Source: a virus
DNA length: 22,665 nucleotides
Virus record (IMG/VR): IMGVR_UViG_3300029846_000266
Coordinates: 1 to 22,665 of that record
Strand: one strand, 5' to 3'
Shown here: positions 20,725 to 22,665 of the stretch, piece after piece
How positions within the stretch are numbered: the first letter of the stretch is position 1
Layout of the letters: each line of letters starts with the position of its first letter
Translations under genes and position numbers: made by a program
The notes under the pieces: generated by a model
The model's database searches: none
Seen by the model: only the letters and a program-made list of their open reading frames with translations
Told to the model about the DNA's origin: nothing

Positions 20725-20773
20725 AACCCAAAGCAGCCCCGGGACCAAATCGGCCCCGGGGCAAAAGCGTTAT

Positions 20774-20935
20774 TTACAACTCTTCAGACTCCTGCGAATT
20801 TTCTGTCGGCGAGGCTTGAGACTCTACGCCATTCATATACATCTCCTCACACTCGCGCTGCGCCTTGATTATTATGTTCATTGCCTCTTCGCTGGCGCGG
20901 AACAGCCGCAGATACATTTCCTTATAGTCCGCCAT
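20774..20935 (-). CDS. Small hypothetical protein (53 aa, MADYKEMYLRLFRASEEAMNIIIKAQRECEEMY...); not in the supplied ORF track
   Basis: ATG 20933-20935 is preceded by AGGTGAGGA. The gene is divergent from an XRE gene, and a hairpin lies at about 20735-20760 downstream. Confidence 0.45.
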   Translation of the reverse strand: MADYKEMYLRLFRASEEAMNIIIKAQRECEEMYMNGVESQASPTENSQESEEL

Positions 20936-20958
20936 ATCCTCACCTAGGCAATTAGTCT

Positions 20959-21003
20959 AACCTGTTTCAGGTTATTTGTCAATAATCTGTTTCAGGTTAT
21001 GAA
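20959..21003 (+). promoter_or_regulatory. Operator/promoter region: CTGTTTCAGGTTAT x2 (20962-20975 and 20987-21000), with the palindrome AACCTGTTTCAGGTT
   Basis: A 14-nt exact direct repeat has 25-bp spacing and lies between divergent genes. A possible TTGTCA-N16-TATGAA promoter is present. Confidence 0.5.
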
Positions 21004-21026
21004 ATACTGTGTCCGAGGTGACACGG

Positions 21027-21227
21027 ATGTATCCAAGGCTCAGGGACCTGCGCGAGGACGCGGATATGACGCAGGCGCAGGTGGCGAAGTATTTGCAGAT
21101 GTCGCAGACGGGCTACTCGAAGTACGAGACCGGCGAAAACGACATCCCGACGCAGACGCTGATAAAGCTCGCCGCGCTATACAAGTGCAGCGTCGACTAC
21201 CTTCTCGGCGTGAGCGACAAGCGGTGA
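21027..21227 (+). CDS. XRE-family HTH regulator (66 aa from MYPRLRDLRED)
   Basis: The HTH is MTQAQVAKYLQMSQTGYSKYETG. ATG 21027 lies 5-6 nt after GAGGTGA. Confidence 0.75.
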   Translation: MYPRLRDLREDADMTQAQVAKYLQMSQTGYSKYETGENDIPTQTLIKLAALYKCSVDYLLGVSDKR

Positions 21228-21259
21228 AAAAAGTCCGCCCCGCATACTGCGGGGCGGAC
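21227..21259 (-). terminator. Intrinsic terminator of the oxidoreductase gene (11-bp stem GTCCGCCCCGC/GCGGGGCGGAC)
   Basis: A perfect hairpin spans 21233-21259. The A6 on the plus strand gives T6 after the stem on the minus strand. Confidence 0.75.
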
Positions 21260-21270
21260 ATCATTCTATC

Positions 21271-22665
21271 TTACGCGAGCTCGCGTCCCATGAGGACGCC
21301 CATGGCGGAGGCCATCATGAGGCCGCGGGTCCAGCCGGAGGAGTCGCCCAGGGCATGGAGGCCGGGGACATTGGTGTTGAAGCTGGTGTCCATCTTGACC
21401 TTGTTGGAGTAGAACTTCAGCTCCGGGGAATACAGCAGCGTCTCGTAGGACGCGAAGCCGGGGACGACTTCGTCCATGGACTTGATGAAGTTGATGATGT
21501 TTATCATCGCGCGGTAAGGCATGGCGGCGGTGATATCGCCCGCGACGGCGTCCACCAGGGTGGGACGGACGTTGGAGTAGGCCAGCTCCTTCTCCCAGGT
21601 GCGCTTGCCGTCGAGTATGTCGCCGAAGCGCTGGACAAGGATGTGGCCGTTGGCCAGCATGTTGGTCAACTCGCCGACCTTCTGCGCGTAGGCGATGGGC
21701 TGGTTGAAGGGCACGGAGAAGTTGTGCGAGCAGAGGATGGCGACGTTGGTGTTCGGGCTCTTGAGGTCGGCGCCCTTGAAGGCGTGGCCGTTGACGACGG
21801 CGAGGTCGTTGTCGTAGTTCTCCTGGCTCACGACGCCGCCGGGATTCTGGCAGAAGGTGCGGACCTTGTTCTTGAAGGGCTTCGGATAGCCGATGAGCTT
21901 GGACTCATAGAGGACGTCGTTTATCTCCTCCATGATCTCGTTCCTGACCTCGACGCGGACGCCGATATCGACGGTGCTGGGCTGGTGCTCCACGCCGTGC
22001 TCGGAGCAAATCTTCTCCAGCCAGTCCGCGCCGCGGCGGCCGGTGGCGACGACGGTGTGCTCCGCGCGGATCTCAAAGTCCTTCTTGCAGTCCGTGAGGT
22101 ACACGCCGCGGCAGACGTCGCCCTCCATGATGAGGTCGCGGCACTCGGTGTCGAAGTACATCTCGACGCCATGGTCCATGAGGTAGTGCTCTATGCCGAG
22201 GTAGACGTCGTGCGCCTTCTCGGTGCCCATGTGGCGGATGGGGCAGTCCACGAGCTTGAGTCCGGCCTTGATGGCGCGGGCGCGGATGCGGCGGACCTTC
22301 TCATCGTTGCCGATGCCCTCGATGTGCTCATCGGCGCCGAACTCGAGGTAGATCTTGTCGGCGTAGTCGATGGTCTCCTGGGCCAGGCGCTCGCCAATTA
22401 GCGTGGGCAGGTCGCCGCCGACCTCGCAGGCCAGGGAGAGCTTGCCGTCCGAGAACGCGCCGGCGCCGGAAAAGCCCGTGGTGATATGGCAGATGGGCTT
22501 GCAGTTCATGCAGACGCCGGTCTTGGCCTTGGGGCAGCTGCGCTTTTCAAGGGCGCGGCCTTTCTCGACCATCACTATCTTCTTCTTGCTGCCCCGGCGC
22601 AGCATCTCGAGCGCCGTGAATATACCGGCAGGTCCCGCGCCGACGATGACGACATCTGCATTCAT
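21271..22665 (-). CDS. NAD(P)/FAD-dependent oxidoreductase (464 aa; COG2509-like)
   Basis: The N-terminal Rossmann motif is VVIVGAGPAGIF. A Cys cluster CPKAKTGVCMNCKPIC is present. The ORF is full length, with its ATG at the window edge. Confidence 0.8.
   Translation of the reverse strand: MNADVVIVGAGPAGIFTALEMLRRGSKKKIVMVEKGRALEKRSCPKAKTGVCMNCKPICHITTGFSGAGAFSDGKLSLACEVGGDLPTLIGERLAQETIDYADKIYLEFGADEHIEGIGNDEKVRRIRARAIKAGLKLVDCPIRHMGTEKAHDVYLGIEHYLMDHGVEMYFDTECRDLIMEGDVCRGVYLTDCKKDFEIRAEHTVVATGRRGADWLEKICSEHGVEHQPSTVDIGVRVEVRNEIMEEINDVLYESKLIGYPKPFKNKVRTFCQNPGGVVSQENYDNDLAVVNGHAFKGADLKSPNTNVAILCSHNFSVPFNQPIAYAQKVGELTNMLANGHILVQRFGDILDGKRTWEKELAYSNVRPTLVDAVAGDITAAMPYRAMINIINFIKSMDEVVPGFASYETLLYSPELKFYSNKVKMDTSFNTNVPGLHALGDSSGWTRGLMMASAMGVLMGRELA

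Noticed and set aside
20020-20748. A 242-aa minus-strand ORF opposite the Cys-rich gene.
   Set aside because: Its translation is Gly/Val/Ala/Asp low complexity and it has no SD. The plus-strand frame has the coding-like GC3 pattern.
21355-22401. A 348-aa plus-strand ORF opposite the oxidoreductase gene.
   Set aside because: It is an antisense shadow of a gene with a clear Rossmann motif. Its composition is repetitive and Val/Gly/Asp/Leu-rich.

Overview
The window holds most of the right arm of an integrated temperate tailed-phage genome, about 1-20025, followed by the prophage-chromosome junction and flanking genes. The host is inferred to be a high-GC Firmicute of Clostridia type, based only on composition, strong GGAGG Shine-Dalgarno sites and protein flavour. 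Reading right to left on the minus strand, the prophage contains: (1) a lysogeny switch at 16.0-17.2 kb, with a CI-like repressor on the plus strand, divergent promoters, and a Cro-like plus a second XRE gene; (2) a tightly packed early operon of small genes at 6.5-16.0 kb, including an XRE/Cys-rich regulator, a SleB-like hydrolase, DUF4406, a dual-HTH protein and a translationally coupled PAPS-reductase/Lar/C5-methyltransferase trio; (3) a terminator-bracketed two-gene unit at 5.3-6.4 kb whose first product has Rep-like HUH motifs; (4) the packaging/head module, comprising terS, terL, a portal with a split zinc ribbon, a small basic protein and a scaffold. The right end carries lower-GC accessory cargo: a membrane protein, a ToxN/AbiQ-like toxin preceded by a promoter-leader-terminator but no visible repeat array, and a large serine recombinase. 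The recombinase stop codon abuts a start-less, Cys-rich ORF that looks like the 3' half of a gene split by the insertion. A plus-strand cassette at 15.03-15.81 kb is embedded antisense in the early operon. It consists of a ~450-nt promoter-to-terminator unit without a convincing ORF, followed by a 70-aa gene. I saw no tRNA, rRNA or CRISPR array. All family calls rest on by-eye motif recognition and no searches were run.
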